A DNA stretch of 64,000 nt from an uncultured Planctomycetota bacterium (GTDB lineage: Bacteria > Planctomycetota > Planctomycetia > Isosphaerales > Isosphaeraceae), in the NCBI GenBank assembly GCA_963737655.1, contig CAVTTN010000002.1:3808001-3872000 (forward strand). The letters run 5' to 3'. The notes under the pieces are model-generated. The model did no database searches and was not told the DNA's origin. It was given only the letters and a program-made list of their open reading frames with translations. Within the stretch, counting starts at the first letter, position 1, and the number at the start of each line of letters is the position of its first letter. This document shows positions 28,848-39,963 of this stretch, in pieces. The translations under genes were made by a program, and so were the position numbers.

Positions 28848-31173
28848 ATGCCCCGGCAACGACCGAGACCCGCCCCGTCGACCCAATCCAGGCCGGCCGA
28901 GCCCGAAGGGCTCCTCGGCGACGTGGCCCCGGCCGCCGCGTCGTTCGGCGAGACGGTCCGACGGCTCGCGCTCGGCCTCACCGCCGCCCTGATCGTGGCC
29001 AGGGCCTACTGGTACGGCGAGACCCGGACGGAGGAGGAGTCCGGCATCGGACTCGTCTGGGCGTTGCTCACGCTCGGGGCCGCCGTCCTGGCCGTCCTGG
29101 GAATGTGGCTCTCCGGCGGCCTGCGCTTCCGTCGGTCATGGGCCGATCTCGCCGCCCTCGTCCTGTTCGTCCTGATCGGCCTGAGCACCGGGGCGCCGAT
29201 GACCGGCGGATCGCTATCAATCGCGGCTGGGAGCTCGTGGGCGTCGGGACCCTCTATGTCTTGCTTCGCAACGTGCCGAGGGACCGCCGCGAATCGTCGG
29301 CAATCGCCGGCGCGTTGATGTGTACGGCCGTGGCCCTCTCGGCCTATGCCGTGTATCAGTCGCAAGTCGAGATGCCGAGGCTGCGCGCGTACTATCAGGC
29401 GAATCGGAACGTCGCCCTCGCGCAGGCCGGGGTGGACGCCTCGGACGCCTCGTCCGTCGCGAGGTTCGAATCGCGATTGCTCGGCTCGATCGAGCCGACG
29501 GCCACGTTCGCGCTGGCAAATTCGCTGGCGGGGTTCCTCGTCGGCCCGGCCGTGGTGGGCCTCGCCCTTGGCTTCCGGGCATTCCGTAAATCCGAGGATG
29601 GAGCACCCCGCGACTCGTCCCGATCCTCGTGGCCCTCCCGTTCCTCGTGCTGATCCTCGCCGTGCTCTTGATGACCAAGAGCCGTAGCGCCTCGCTCGGA
29701 TTGGTCGTCGCGATGGCGGTTTTCCTCGTCCGCGAGCGGGCATCTCGGCGGTTCATGCTCCGGGGCGGGGCGGTCCTGGTCCTGGGTTTGCTCGGGCTCG
29801 CGGGCGCGGCATTCCTGGCCCGTCAACTGGACTGGAAAGTAGTCAGCGAAGCGCCGAAATCGCTGACGTATCGGCTGGAATACTGGAGGGGGACGTGGGG
29901 CGTCCTGACCGAGAGCCCCCGGGCGTTCTGGAGGGGCCTGGGCCCCGGGAACTTCGCGGGGCCGTACCTGCGTCATAAGCTTCCTCAATCGAGCGAGGAG
30001 ATCGCCGACCCCCACGACCTCGTCCTTGAAGTCTGGGCGATCGCGGGGCTCCCGGCCGCCGTGGCCCTGGTCGCCGCGCTTCTCTGGGGACTTCGGGAGA
30101 CGCTCGGACGGCCGAAGCCGGTCCCGAATCAAGCCGGATATGAGGGCGATCCACCTCCACCTCGCTCGGGAACCTGGCTCGTCCTTGCCTCGGGCCTGGG
30201 CGGGTGGCTGGGCGTGGTCGTGCTCGGACGGCTCAATCCGTTCGATCAGGAAGGGATGGAACGCTGGCTCGTCCTCGGCGGGGCGTGGCTGATTTCGGCG
30301 TTTCTCGGACGGCTCGCCTGGCGGTCGCGACCCATCGGCGGAGACCTGTTCGGGCTGGGTGCCCTCGCGGTGGCCGTCAACCTGCTCGCCGCGGGCGGGA
30401 TCGCCTTCGCTCCGGTCTCGGAGATGCTCTGGGCATTGCTGGCGATCGGGATGAACCTCCGCGAGGATCGGCCGTGCGGGAGCCTCCGCGAGATCGAGGG
30501 CCGCGCCATCGCGTTCGTCCCCTCGGCGGTCCTCGCGGCGATCCTCGGGACGTTCTTCGGGACGGTCAGCCCGTTCTGGGCGGCCGATGAGCCGATCGCC
30601 CGCGCCGAGGCCCTCGTCCGGTCTCGACCGAACCGGCTTGACGTGGCCGACGACCTGTACGCCAGGGCGAACGAGCTGGACGTCCTCGCCCGCCGGGGCT
30701 GGATCGGCCGGGCGAACCTCGAGCTGATGTCCTGGAGGAGCATGGGCCGGCCCCCCGAGCTGAGATCGTGGAGCCGGATTGATTCCGCCCTGGAGACCGC
30801 CGCGAAACGCCCGAGAGACCCCAATTCGCTGCTAGTTCAGAGGCTCCGGGCCCGGTTCGCGAAAGAATTCCTGGAGGCGAGCGAATTCCCGCCCCAGGTG
30901 AAGACGATCATCCGCAAGGATCGCCTCCAGGCCTGCGCCGGGCGGCCGCGCTCTATCCGACCGACGCCTTGCTCCGGGCCGACCTGGCCGAGGCGCTCGC
31001 CGATCTCGACTACCTCGACAGGGCCGTCGTCGAGGCGAAGGCGGCCCTGGACCTCGACCGACGGACCCCTCACGAGGACCGGAAACTCCCGGCCAGGGTC
31101 CGCGAGCGGCTGGATGCCGAGCTCGAAGACGTGGTCCTCCCGAAACCCTTCGCTCGGAGCGCCGAAGTCGTAA
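28848..31173 (+). CDS. O-antigen ligase-like (Wzy_C) membrane protein with C-terminal TPR-like region; about 4 frameshifts (near 29192, 29597, 30939, 31146)
   Basis: Stitched frames give TFALANSLAGFL, LLMTKSR, SLTYRLEYW, GLGPGNF...Y and DPHD..LE.W...G. May be a pseudogene if the indels are real. Confidence 0.75.
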
Positions 31174-31196
31174 AGCGGACCCACCTCGACCGACGG

Positions 31197-31883
31197 TCAA
31201 CGACCGATCGGCCCTCGGAGCTTCGCCACGAGCTCCGCGAGCGGCCCGAAATCCAGGATCGCCGCCCCGATCGCCGCGACGCATCGCAGGGGTTCCCGGC
31301 GGAAGGCCTCGGGCAGACTCGGCGAGGCCACGTCGAGGCCCGCGGCATTCGGGGAGAACGCGGGCAACGCGATCGTCGAGGGGCCGACGAGGAAGCATGG
31401 GGCGCTCAGCCCCTCGGCCTTCAACGAGGGATGATGATGCCCGAACACCACGCGGCCCCGGCCGATCGGGCGGTCTCCATGGCGGATCGACCAGCCGCCC
31501 AGGTCGTGCGACTCGGCGAGAGGGGGCCGCCTCGGCGGGTCATGGTTCCCCCGAAGCTCCACGAATTCGACGGCTCGATCCGCGAGCCAGCGACGGAGGG
31601 CCCGGGCGTCTCGCGACGTTCGGACGCACGGCGAGGCGGATTCGACGAGGTCTCCGGCGACGATCAATCGGCGCAGGGGCCGTCGAGAGATCAGCGATTC
31701 GAGCTTGGCCACGGTCTCGGCGAGGGAGTGGGCGGGGAGGCAGTCCCCGCCCGAGCCTCGCGACCATTCGTAGCCCAGATGGACGTCGGCGACGACCGCG
31801 GTGGCCTCGGCCTCGAAGATGGCCGCCCCTTCCGCAGCAAAGGACCAGCCTTCGAGGGTAGGGACGGTCAGGAGGCCGGGCAT
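31197..31883 (-). CDS. Calcineurin-like metallophosphoesterase (MPE/PdeM-like DNA endonuclease family)
   Basis: ADVHLG, GDL, GNHD, HGD, GHHHP and LPAF motifs. Confidence 0.88.
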   Translation of the reverse strand: MPGLLTVPTLEGWSFAAEGAAIFEAEATAVVADVHLGYEWSRGSGGDCLPAHSLAETVAKLESLISRRPLRRLIVAGDLVESASPCVRTSRDARALRRWLADRAVEFVELRGNHDPPRRPPLAESHDLGGWSIRHGDRPIGRGRVVFGHHHPSLKAEGLSAPCFLVGPSTIALPAFSPNAAGLDVASPSLPEAFRREPLRCVAAIGAAILDFGPLAELVAKLRGPIGR

Positions 31884-31961
31884 CGCGCGGGGACGTCTCC
31901 TTCGAGGGGCGTGGACCGGGTGACAAACCGAAGAAGACGCGAACAGATCGCCCAGACGGCC

Positions 31962-32411
31962 CTACCGCGCATGGAGCGGCCGGCGGCCGGGATTGTGCCC
32001 GGAGCCGTTCGCCGCGGGGTAGTCGGCGAGCACCTGCAACGCCCGCTTGGGATTATTCGTGTGGAAGATCCCCAGCGATTTCCCGGGCGCCGAGGCGCCG
32101 GAGGCGTATGCGTATTCGATGTTGATGTGCTCCTCGGCGAGCGTCTCCAGGACGCGAGTCAGGGCGCCAGGGCGGTTCTCCATTTCGACGGCGAGGACGT
32201 CCGTGGCGGTGAACTCGGTTCCGAGGGAAGTCAGCACTCGCTTGGTGGGCTCGACCTGATCGACGACCAGCCTCAGCACGCTCCTCTCGTCGGTGTCCAT
32301 CACCGAGAGGGCGCGGATATTGATCTTCTCGTGGGCCAGGGCCGCACAGATCTTGGCGAGCCGTCCGGGCTTGTTCTCCAAACGAGCGGTGACCTCGTGG
32401 ACGAACTCCAT
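31962..32411 (-). CDS. Tandem ACT-domain protein
   Basis: LENKPGRLA...INIRALS and MENRPGAL...INIEYAY, with an AAAGGGAGG RBS. Confidence 0.9.
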   Translation of the reverse strand: MEFVHEVTARLENKPGRLAKICAALAHEKINIRALSVMDTDERSVLRLVVDQVEPTKRVLTSLGTEFTATDVLAVEMENRPGALTRVLETLAEEHINIEYAYASGASAPGKSLGIFHTNNPKRALQVLADYPAANGSGHNPGRRPLHAR

Positions 32412-32689
32412 CACAGCGCCTCCCTTTCTGTCGTCGTTCGATCGACCGGCGAGGGCCCGGAGAGGTCGCCCTGGGCGCGACCTCCGAGGACCGTCCGATG
32501 CGGGCAGGGCGCCTGCCGGTGAGACGCCCCCAGGCGGGACGGTCCGGGCCTCGGGGGCTGTCGCCCAGTCGGGGCCCGGGTTGTGTCGGCCGATGGGGAA
32601 ATCTCGGCTCGACGCGAAACTCGACGCGGAGGGACCGGCCGCGACGCGATCGGTCCCCCCCTGCGATTGTACGTCACCCCGGGGCTCGG

Positions 32690-34861
32690 TCAATCGATCC
32701 CTGAAACGCCGCCCCCACCCTCCTTGCCCTTTTTACCACCCGGGACGTTGCCCGGTGCGTTGACGGCGGGTCCGGCGGGGGGCGGATTCAGCCCCGGAAT
32801 CCCGTTCTGCATGAGGGTCGGCAAGGACTTCGCCAGCGAGGCGCCCTTCACGCTCGCCACGAAATCCGGGAACGCCACCCGAGAGACCACGTGAAGCCCC
32901 TGGGCATCGGTCGAAACGGTCATCGCCGCGGGGAAGAGAAGCTTGCGGATTGCGTCTGGCGAGGGGATTTTCGACGGATCGATCTGAATCGGCGAGAGGG
33001 CGGCCCCGGTTGCCGAGGGAGCCGCACCGGGTGCGGCCGGCGGGTTCCCTTCGCCACCAGCGTTTCTCGGGCCCGCTCCCCCGACGGCCCCCACCGAGAA
33101 TTTCGGACCGCCCTCGCCTCGACCGCGATCGCCTCGCGGAGGCGGGGCCTCGCCCGGCGGCGAGCCGGCCACGGGAGGCGGCTTCGGTGTCGACAGAAGG
33201 GCCTGGAGGTCGGCGGGGAGCTGCGCCAGGCCTTCCGGGAGAGAGTCTCGCGGGTCTTCGACGACGATCAGCCACGGACTCGATGGCATCGCGGCGACGA
33301 CCTTCGCCAGATCGGCCCCGAGTGGCTTCGCTCCTTTCGACTCGACGGCCATCGCCTCCCTCGCGGCGTCGGGCTGGGTGCCGATCACGAGGTATTTCTT
33401 GCCGTAGGAGATCGTGAGCTTCAGGTTCGTGAGGGCCGACAGGTTCGGCGGGAGGTGCAACATCCAGGTCTTGGGGTTATTCACGGCGACCTTGAACTCG
33501 GGGGCCGCTCCCGACGAGGCCGCGGACTTCGCCTTGGACGACGACCGAGGCGCGGCGGCCTCGTCGTCGTCGGCCGGCGGCTTCGCGGCGGCCATTCTCG
33601 TCCTGAGCTCCTTGTTGGCGAACAGGAGGAGGTCATCCGCCATCCGTGTCGTCGCCTTCGGGTCTTTCATCTCGATCAGGAAGCCGCCGCGAGGGACCTG
33701 CCACCCGATCGCGCCGATCCCCGAGAGCGGGCCCGCCTTGGCCGGCTTCGAGGGGGCCGTGAAGTAGATCATCCGAGGACCGATCCGCCCGAGGACGTCC
33801 TCCTTCAGCCGGAGCTTGGTCCGTGCCTTGACGGTCGCCTCCATTTTCGCGAACGAGGCGTCGGACTCGGGATTGATGGCGTGGGCCACGGCCAGGATTT
33901 GCCCGTAGAACTTCGCGGCATCGATCGAGACCGCCGAGAACTCCCGGACGCCCTCGGGCAGGGGCGGTAGCGCCTTGAGGTCCAGACCGGGGCCGTCGAG
34001 CAGAGCCAGGGCGCCGGTCCTCGGCGAAGGCGCCACGATGGTCCACTCGCTTCGCAACGCCTCGTCCTGGAGGCCCAATCCCAGCTCGATTCGCTGGACA
34101 CCCTTGAGGTCCGCCTTTCCCAGCAAGGCGGAAGCCATGCCGGGGCCTCCCGGCAGGTTTTGCAGATCGACGAACGCCGCGCCCAGGGCCTCCACGCCCC
34201 CTTCGGCCTTCATCAGGGCCGCTCGCGTCGGGTGATCGACGGCGCTGGGGGATTTGCCATCGAGGACGGCGATGACGGAGTCGGGGTCGTTGGTGATGAC
34301 GAGGTCTTCCTTCTTCTCGATCCACCAGGAGAGCGATTCGCCGGTCGGCTGATGGATCACGGCAACCCGGCGGTCTCCGGGCTTGGTGACGGCCTCGACC
34401 TTGGATTCGGGCTTGCGGAGGGCCGCCAGAATCCGGCCGAAGAGGAGCTTGGAATCCGCCTTCAAGGCGCCTCGAAAGACGAGGGTCACCGAGGGATTCG
34501 GGGCGCCCGGCTTGCTCACGAACGAGAGGACGAACCCGGAGCGGCCCATGTGTTTCAGGACGGCCGCCATCTCGGCACCGGTCGGCTTCGGCGACGGCGA
34601 CGCGGCGATGGCTCGTTCGAAGAGCTGACCGGCGAGGTCTTCGAGCATGGCGCCGGTCGTGGTCTCGTTGAGGATCTGGCTCGCCGCGGTCTTCGACCAG
34701 GCGGCGGAGTGGGCCTCGACTCCGTCGAATTCGACGAGGCCGACCAGGCCGTCTTTCGGGACGTAGCCGGCCAGGGGGGTGGACCCGGCGAAGGCCGGGG
34801 CGACCGACAGGACGAGGGTGATCGCGAACGAGGTCGCGGAGAGGCGAGGCAGGCTTGGCAC
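32690..34861 (-). CDS. Large exported protein; paralog of the N-terminal region of the upstream DUF1559 protein
   Basis: GTG start with GAGGA RBS and a signal peptide. Shares EFDG..AH.AAW.K, QDEAL and VAPSPR.G.L..LDGP blocks with 35003..37504. Confidence 0.82.
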   Translation of the reverse strand: MPSLPRLSATSFAITLVLSVAPAFAGSTPLAGYVPKDGLVGLVEFDGVEAHSAAWSKTAASQILNETTTGAMLEDLAGQLFERAIAASPSPKPTGAEMAAVLKHMGRSGFVLSFVSKPGAPNPSVTLVFRGALKADSKLLFGRILAALRKPESKVEAVTKPGDRRVAVIHQPTGESLSWWIEKKEDLVITNDPDSVIAVLDGKSPSAVDHPTRAALMKAEGGVEALGAAFVDLQNLPGGPGMASALLGKADLKGVQRIELGLGLQDEALRSEWTIVAPSPRTGALALLDGPGLDLKALPPLPEGVREFSAVSIDAAKFYGQILAVAHAINPESDASFAKMEATVKARTKLRLKEDVLGRIGPRMIYFTAPSKPAKAGPLSGIGAIGWQVPRGGFLIEMKDPKATTRMADDLLLFANKELRTRMAAAKPPADDDEAAAPRSSSKAKSAASSGAAPEFKVAVNNPKTWMLHLPPNLSALTNLKLTISYGKKYLVIGTQPDAAREAMAVESKGAKPLGADLAKVVAAMPSSPWLIVVEDPRDSLPEGLAQLPADLQALLSTPKPPPVAGSPPGEAPPPRGDRGRGEGGPKFSVGAVGGAGPRNAGGEGNPPAAPGAAPSATGAALSPIQIDPSKIPSPDAIRKLLFPAAMTVSTDAQGLHVVSRVAFPDFVASVKGASLAKSLPTLMQNGIPGLNPPPAGPAVNAPGNVPGGKKGKEGGGGVSGID

Positions 34862-35002
34862 CGGAGAATCCTCGCGGGGTTCGGGGTGGAAGGATTCGAG
34901 ACTCTCGATTCGACGAATCCTAAATCCGCCCAGGCCCCGCGCCAAGGAGGTGCCCGGCCCGGCCGCGATCGAGCGATCGAGGCCGGGCCGGTCTCTCGGG
35001 GA

Positions 35003-37504
35003 TCAGAACGCGCCGGGCGCGATGATCTCCGAGCCGGCTTTCGTCAGGAGCGAGCGGAAGGTCATCGGGGCGATCGTCGTCTTGAAGAACCGGACCGAGC
35101 CATCCAGCATCATCACGTTGAATCCGCCGGGGTGATCGGACCCGCAGAGGCCCAGGGCCTCGGCGCCATCGGCCGGCAGGGCCAACCCTTCGGGCTTGGT
35201 CCACTCGACCGCTTCTTTCGCCTCGACCACGCCGATCGTGAACGAGAGTCCATCGAGGACCTGGGTGAACTTCGTCCCCTGGGGATCGTCGAAGGCCGCG
35301 CCCTTGCCGGTGAAGACGCGGTACGTCGTGGTCCCCGGGGTCGGGTTCTTCCGGCTCGGGCAGTTGTAAAGGGTGGGCATCAGGGCGATCAGCGCCTTGT
35401 TGTGGGGGCTGTCCCAGGCCTCGTCCAGGTGGAACTGATTGTAAAGCGCCTGCTGCTCCAGGAACGGCAAGATCGCGACTCGCCAGCTCAGGAGCGGCTT
35501 GCCGTCCTTGGACAGGATCGCCGGGGGCGGGAGCGGCCCATTCGTCGCGGCGTAGTTGTGCATCGCCAGGGCGATCTGCTTCTCGTTGTTCGTGCACTGG
35601 GCCCGACGGGCCGCCTCGCGGGCGGACTGCACCGCCGGGAGCAGGAGCGCGACCAGGACCCCACCGACGGCCGGCGAGCTCATGCTGGGGACCGGCTCGC
35701 GAGCGGTGAACGTCCAACCCGCCTTATCGACCGACAGGGCATAGGACGCCGGCCCGAGGTACTTCTTGACGTCGGCCGCCGAGGGGACCATCGCCGGGTC
35801 GATCGTCATCAGCCGGTTGGCGGCCGGAGGGAGGTCATTCGGGATGTTGGCCTTGAGCATGTCGAGCGTCTGGGGAAGCGATTCGATCGCCTGGGGAAGC
35901 GTGTCGCGAGGGTCGCTGACCAGCAAGGCGACCATGTCTTTGGGGGCGCGCTGCGCCAGGGCGGCGAAGTCCTTGGTGGGGGTCCACGCCTTCTTCGGGT
36001 CGGCCTCGAGCGCCAGGGCGGCCCGGGCGTCCTCGTTCGTGAAGCTCACCGCGACGTACTTCTTGCCGACGGCGATCGTCGGCTTGAGATCGCCGAAGGG
36101 ACCGGCGTTGGGCGGCATGGTCATCGAGTAGGCCGTCCCGGGACCGGCGAGCTTCTCGATCTGAGGGGCGCGGTCCCCGGCGTTCGGGTTCGCGGCGAGC
36201 TGCTGGTTGACGATCGCGATAACCTTGTCGAGCGCCTTGCCGAACGCCGCCGGGTCGTCGGTCTGAATCATGAGATTCAGCTTGGGGATCGCCGCCGGGA
36301 CGCCCGGCATGGCCGGGGCCGGGATCGGGATGCCGGGGCCGGGCGAGGCGAAGACCCCGATCTTCGGGCCGAGATGGGCCAGGACGTCTTCCTTCAGCCT
36401 CAAGCCCAGGGCCTGCTTGGAGACCGCCTCCATCTGGGCGAACTGGTCCGGCGCGTTCGGGTTCGCCTGCTTCGCCAGGGCCGCGAACTTCGTGAACAAT
36501 CCCCTGGCGTCGATCGAAACGACCTCGAAGGCGTCCAGGCCGGCGGGGATCGGCGGCAGGTCCTTCATGGTGAACGTCGGGCCGTCGAGGATCGAGAGAA
36601 CGCCCTGCCTCGGCGAGGGCGCCACGGCGCGGATCTGGGTGAGCAGGGCCTCATCCTGGAAGCTCCAGCTCGCCTCGATCCGCTTCAGGCCGTTGAGCCC
36701 CATCGCGATGGCCGGAGGAGGCAGGGGCGGGAGCTTGGCCATGTCGAGATAGGCCACGCCAAAGACCTCCGCGCCGGCCTCGCCCTTGCGGAGGGCCGTG
36801 CGGATCGGGTCGGCGGCGACGGACGGGGATTTGCCGTCGATCGTGGCGAGCGTCAGGTCGAGGCGGTCCGTCGCGGTGACGATCAGGTCCCCTTTTTCCT
36901 CCCACCACGAGGCACCCGGAGGTCCATCGCCGCCCGGGGGCCCGACGCTCTTGATCGTCCGGGCGCCGCGGGTCTCCGTCTTCGGCTGGGCCTGTTCGGC
37001 CAGGCTGAGGATCGGCTCGAATACCTTCCTGCCCTCGGGCGTGCCGAGGCCGCGGAGGACCAGAGTCGGCCGGATGGTCTTCGGGTCGGCCGCGTTGCCG
37101 CTGACCGACAGGGCGAAGCCGTTGGCCATCAGCCGCTTGCCCATCGCCAGGATCTGGTCGGGCGTCGGCTTCGGCCCGGGGGGGACATTCGCCAGGGCCT
37201 CCGTCAGTCCTCGTTTCGCGAAGTCTTCCAGGAGGGCGCCGAGCTTCGTCTGGGTCAGGATCTTGTACGAGCTGGACTTCTTCCAGGCCGCCGCATGGGC
37301 ATCCAGGCCGTCGAACTCGACCAGAGCGATCAGGTCTTTCCCCGGCAGGAACCGGGCGAGGCCGCCGCCGGCCGCCTTGGGGACGGTGGCCTGCGCGGGC
37401 TTCGTCTTCGGGGCCTGCGCCGTCGCCGTCGAGGCCACGAGCAACGCGGTCCCCGCGGCCGAGGCGAGGGCCAGGCAGATCCGGGAGAGGGGAGAACGGC
37501 TCAC
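35003..37504 (-). CDS. Exported protein with C-terminal DUF1559 / H-X9-DG domain
   Basis: [44 protein letters not shown] and [19 protein letters not shown] start with AAAGGA RBS. Confidence 0.9.
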   Translation of the reverse strand: MSRSPLSRICLALASAAGTALLVASTATAQAPKTKPAQATVPKAAGGGLARFLPGKDLIALVEFDGLDAHAAAWKKSSSYKILTQTKLGALLEDFAKRGLTEALANVPPGPKPTPDQILAMGKRLMANGFALSVSGNAADPKTIRPTLVLRGLGTPEGRKVFEPILSLAEQAQPKTETRGARTIKSVGPPGGDGPPGASWWEEKGDLIVTATDRLDLTLATIDGKSPSVAADPIRTALRKGEAGAEVFGVAYLDMAKLPPLPPPAIAMGLNGLKRIEASWSFQDEALLTQIRAVAPSPRQGVLSILDGPTFTMKDLPPIPAGLDAFEVVSIDARGLFTKFAALAKQANPNAPDQFAQMEAVSKQALGLRLKEDVLAHLGPKIGVFASPGPGIPIPAPAMPGVPAAIPKLNLMIQTDDPAAFGKALDKVIAIVNQQLAANPNAGDRAPQIEKLAGPGTAYSMTMPPNAGPFGDLKPTIAVGKKYVAVSFTNEDARAALALEADPKKAWTPTKDFAALAQRAPKDMVALLVSDPRDTLPQAIESLPQTLDMLKANIPNDLPPAANRLMTIDPAMVPSAADVKKYLGPASYALSVDKAGWTFTAREPVPSMSSPAVGGVLVALLLPAVQSAREAARRAQCTNNEKQIALAMHNYAATNGPLPPPAILSKDGKPLLSWRVAILPFLEQQALYNQFHLDEAWDSPHNKALIALMPTLYNCPSRKNPTPGTTTYRVFTGKGAAFDDPQGTKFTQVLDGLSFTIGVVEAKEAVEWTKPEGLALPADGAEALGLCGSDHPGGFNVMMLDGSVRFFKTTIAPMTFRSLLTKAGSEIIAPGAF

Positions 37505-37606
37505 GGGCGGTCCTTTCGCATAAGAAACATCTGATCCTGTCGAACCGGGACATCGTACTAATTCGGAGACGCACGGGCAACGATCCACTCACGACGCCCC
37601 TCGCGA

Positions 37607-37636
37607 TTGACACCGCCTCCCGAACCTGCCTAGCCT
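37607..37636 (+). promoter_or_regulatory. Putative sigma70 promoter for rsgA
   Basis: TTGACA (37607-37612), 18-nt spacer, TAGCCT (37631-37636). Confidence 0.5.
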
Positions 37637-37673
37637 GACGACGAGGCGAGAGGATCGAGGCGGAGGGCCGATC

Positions 37674-38813
37674 GTGGCGAAGAAGCGAAAAGTCCGCGTC
37701 GATTTCAAGAAAAACCGCCAGAAGCGGACTCGCGCCAACGACCTGACCCGGGGCTTCCTCCGCGACGCCGCCTCGGCCGATTCGACGGTCTCCGGCGAGC
37801 GCGTGCGCGCCAAGGGAGACCTGTCGCGAAAGCGAACGATCATCCAGGAAGACGCGGCCCCCGGCGATCCCGAGGAGGCCCCTCATCTCTCGGTCGACCT
37901 GAGCGAGTGCCTGTCCGGCCGGGTGGTGAAGGTCCACGGCCTGGAGACCGTGGTCGAGACCGACGACGGCCGGACGTTTCGTTGCGGGGTCCGCCGCATC
38001 CTCAAGACCCTCGCCATCGACGGCCGCAACGCCGTGGCCGTCGGCGACCGCGCCTGGTTCCGCCCCGGCGGCGATCATCAGGGGATGATCGAGACGATCG
38101 AGTCCCGAACCGGCGTGATCACCCGAGGATATCGCCGTCGGGAGCACGTGATCGCATCCAATATCGATCAAATTCTGATTGTTTCGGCGTTCGAGGCTCC
38201 CGGCCTGAAATTGCCCCTGATCGACCGATACCTGATCTCGGCCGAGTCCGGCGGGGTCCGGCCCGTGATCGTCCTGAACAAGGCGGACCTCGTCGATCTG
38301 ACGGGCTATCAGTGGGTCGTGGGCCTCTACACGCAGCTTGGATATGAGGTGCTGTGCACGTCGGCCGCCGATGGTCGAGGCGTGCCGAGGCTCCGGCAGT
38401 TGGTCTCAAGAGGGATCACGGCGTTTTCGGGCCAGAGCGGCGTCGGCAAGAGCACGTTGTTGAACGCAATGCAGCCGGGGTTGAACCTGAGGGTCCGCGA
38501 GGTCTCCGACTGGACGAGCAAGGGGAAGCACACGACGACCCACGCCGAATTGATCCGTCTGGAGGCCGGCGGCTACGTCGTCGATACCCCGGGGCTCCGT
38601 CAATTCGAGCTCTGGGGCGTCGATCCGGCCGTGATCGAGGGGTATTTCGTCGAGTTCCGGCCGTTCGTGCCGAGATGCCGGTTCCCGGATTGTTCGCACA
38701 CCCATGAATCCGAATGCGCGGTCAAGGAGGCCGTGCTCTGGGGACAGATCGACGAGGGGCGTTACGATAGCTATTGCAAGCTCTACGAGCGAAAACCGCT
38801 GGACGGGGATTAG
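37674..38813 (+). CDS. rsgA: Ribosome small subunit-dependent GTPase A
   Basis: Circularly permuted NKAD, GQSGVGKS, GKHTT and DTPG motifs; Zn finger CRFPDCSHTHESEC. Confidence 0.96.
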   Translation: MAKKRKVRVDFKKNRQKRTRANDLTRGFLRDAASADSTVSGERVRAKGDLSRKRTIIQEDAAPGDPEEAPHLSVDLSECLSGRVVKVHGLETVVETDDGRTFRCGVRRILKTLAIDGRNAVAVGDRAWFRPGGDHQGMIETIESRTGVITRGYRRREHVIASNIDQILIVSAFEAPGLKLPLIDRYLISAESGGVRPVIVLNKADLVDLTGYQWVVGLYTQLGYEVLCTSAADGRGVPRLRQLVSRGITAFSGQSGVGKSTLLNAMQPGLNLRVREVSDWTSKGKHTTTHAELIRLEAGGYVVDTPGLRQFELWGVDPAVIEGYFVEFRPFVPRCRFPDCSHTHESECAVKEAVLWGQIDEGRYDSYCKLYERKPLDGD

Positions 38814-38916
38814 CAGACGCCTTCGAGGGCCGCTCCGGCTCCAAACTTGCGGAGGGAGAAATCAGGCCCCGGGATCCGGGGCCAGGACCACGGCACCCAT
38901 CCGGGAGAACGCCACC

Positions 38917-39870
38917 ATGAACCGATCGGACATCCTGGACAGGAGGGCGCTGACGTTTCTCACCGCCTTGCTCGTCGCCGCGCCGGCCTTTGGCCAGGGG
39001 ACCGTCGCACCGAACCGCGGCCAAAATGCCTCCGAACCCGCAGGCGACCGCGACGCCGGCGGCGACCGCCGCTTGACGGCCCTCGAACGGACGAATTTGA
39101 ACCTGGCAGCCCACGGGGTCTCGATGGCGATCGAGGCCTACTCGCTCCGCAACGCCGCCCGAGAAGCCGGGACCGGCGACAAGGCGGACAGGACCAACGA
39201 CAAGGGCCATCCCGACCGCTCCGCCGAGCTCCGTCAGCACGCCCGGAGGACCTTCGAGGCCAGTGACCGCCTCCTCGGCCAGGCCGCTCGGGGGATCGGC
39301 CGCGAGATGGCCGACCGCACCAACCTCAGCGACCGGGGGACCGACACCTTCGCCGCGAAGCAGGGCAACCGATTGACCGGCACCGCCCCGTCACGGTTCG
39401 TCACGGCCGCCGACGAGTACGCGAGCACCCTCCGCCGCCTGGCCCCCGAGGCCGACAAGGACAAGGACGCAAGGAAAGGCGATTCCCAGGCCGAAGAGGC
39501 GGCGGAAATCGTCATTTTGAACCACGCGGTCAAGGAGGTCATCGCCACGTTCCACGTCCGCCAGAATGCCAGCCTTCTGGCGCCGTCGGAGTCGTCTCGC
39601 CTGATGATCGAGCACTCGCTCCAGATGGAGGAAGACGCCCGAAACGTCATCCGCGAGATGACCGGCGAGGGTCACCCGGGCCCGAACCCCGCGGTCGAAA
39701 ACCTCCCCGGCTCGGTCAAGACGCTCGCCCGCCAGGCCGCCGAGATCGCCCGAGCGGCCGGGGATTTCGGCATCCTGTTCGGCCAGGGCGGGCCCGAGGC
39801 CGCCTCCGAATCTCGTCAGAAGAACGGGCCAGGCAGCACGCCCCCTCCGGCGAACCGTCCGCCGCGCTGA
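38917..39870 (+). CDS. Exported helical hypothetical protein
   Basis: ATG with GGAGA RBS, RRALTFLTALLVAAPAFG signal-like segment and coding-type GC3 bias. Confidence 0.7.
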   Translation: MNRSDILDRRALTFLTALLVAAPAFGQGTVAPNRGQNASEPAGDRDAGGDRRLTALERTNLNLAAHGVSMAIEAYSLRNAAREAGTGDKADRTNDKGHPDRSAELRQHARRTFEASDRLLGQAARGIGREMADRTNLSDRGTDTFAAKQGNRLTGTAPSRFVTAADEYASTLRRLAPEADKDKDARKGDSQAEEAAEIVILNHAVKEVIATFHVRQNASLLAPSESSRLMIEHSLQMEEDARNVIREMTGEGHPGPNPAVENLPGSVKTLARQAAEIARAAGDFGILFGQGGPEAASESRQKNGPGSTPPPANRPPR

Positions 39871-39963
39871 TTTCGAGGAGGGCCAACTCCCGCCGACGTC
39901 CGCCCGAGCTTGAGGTCGGCGGGAGGGCCTGTCGCTCCCCCCCTCGCTGTCCGAGGACTCGCG

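Noticed and set aside
30969..32522. 517-aa plus-strand ORF
   Set aside because: Only the first ~60 aa belong to the frameshifted ligase tail; the rest is antisense to the MPE and ACT genes.
34160..37534. 1124-aa plus-strand ORF (and similar long ORFs at 2603-4996, 19935-21959, 43908-45716)
   Set aside because: These are antisense to recognisable genes and have no motifs; stop codons are scarce in GC-rich DNA.
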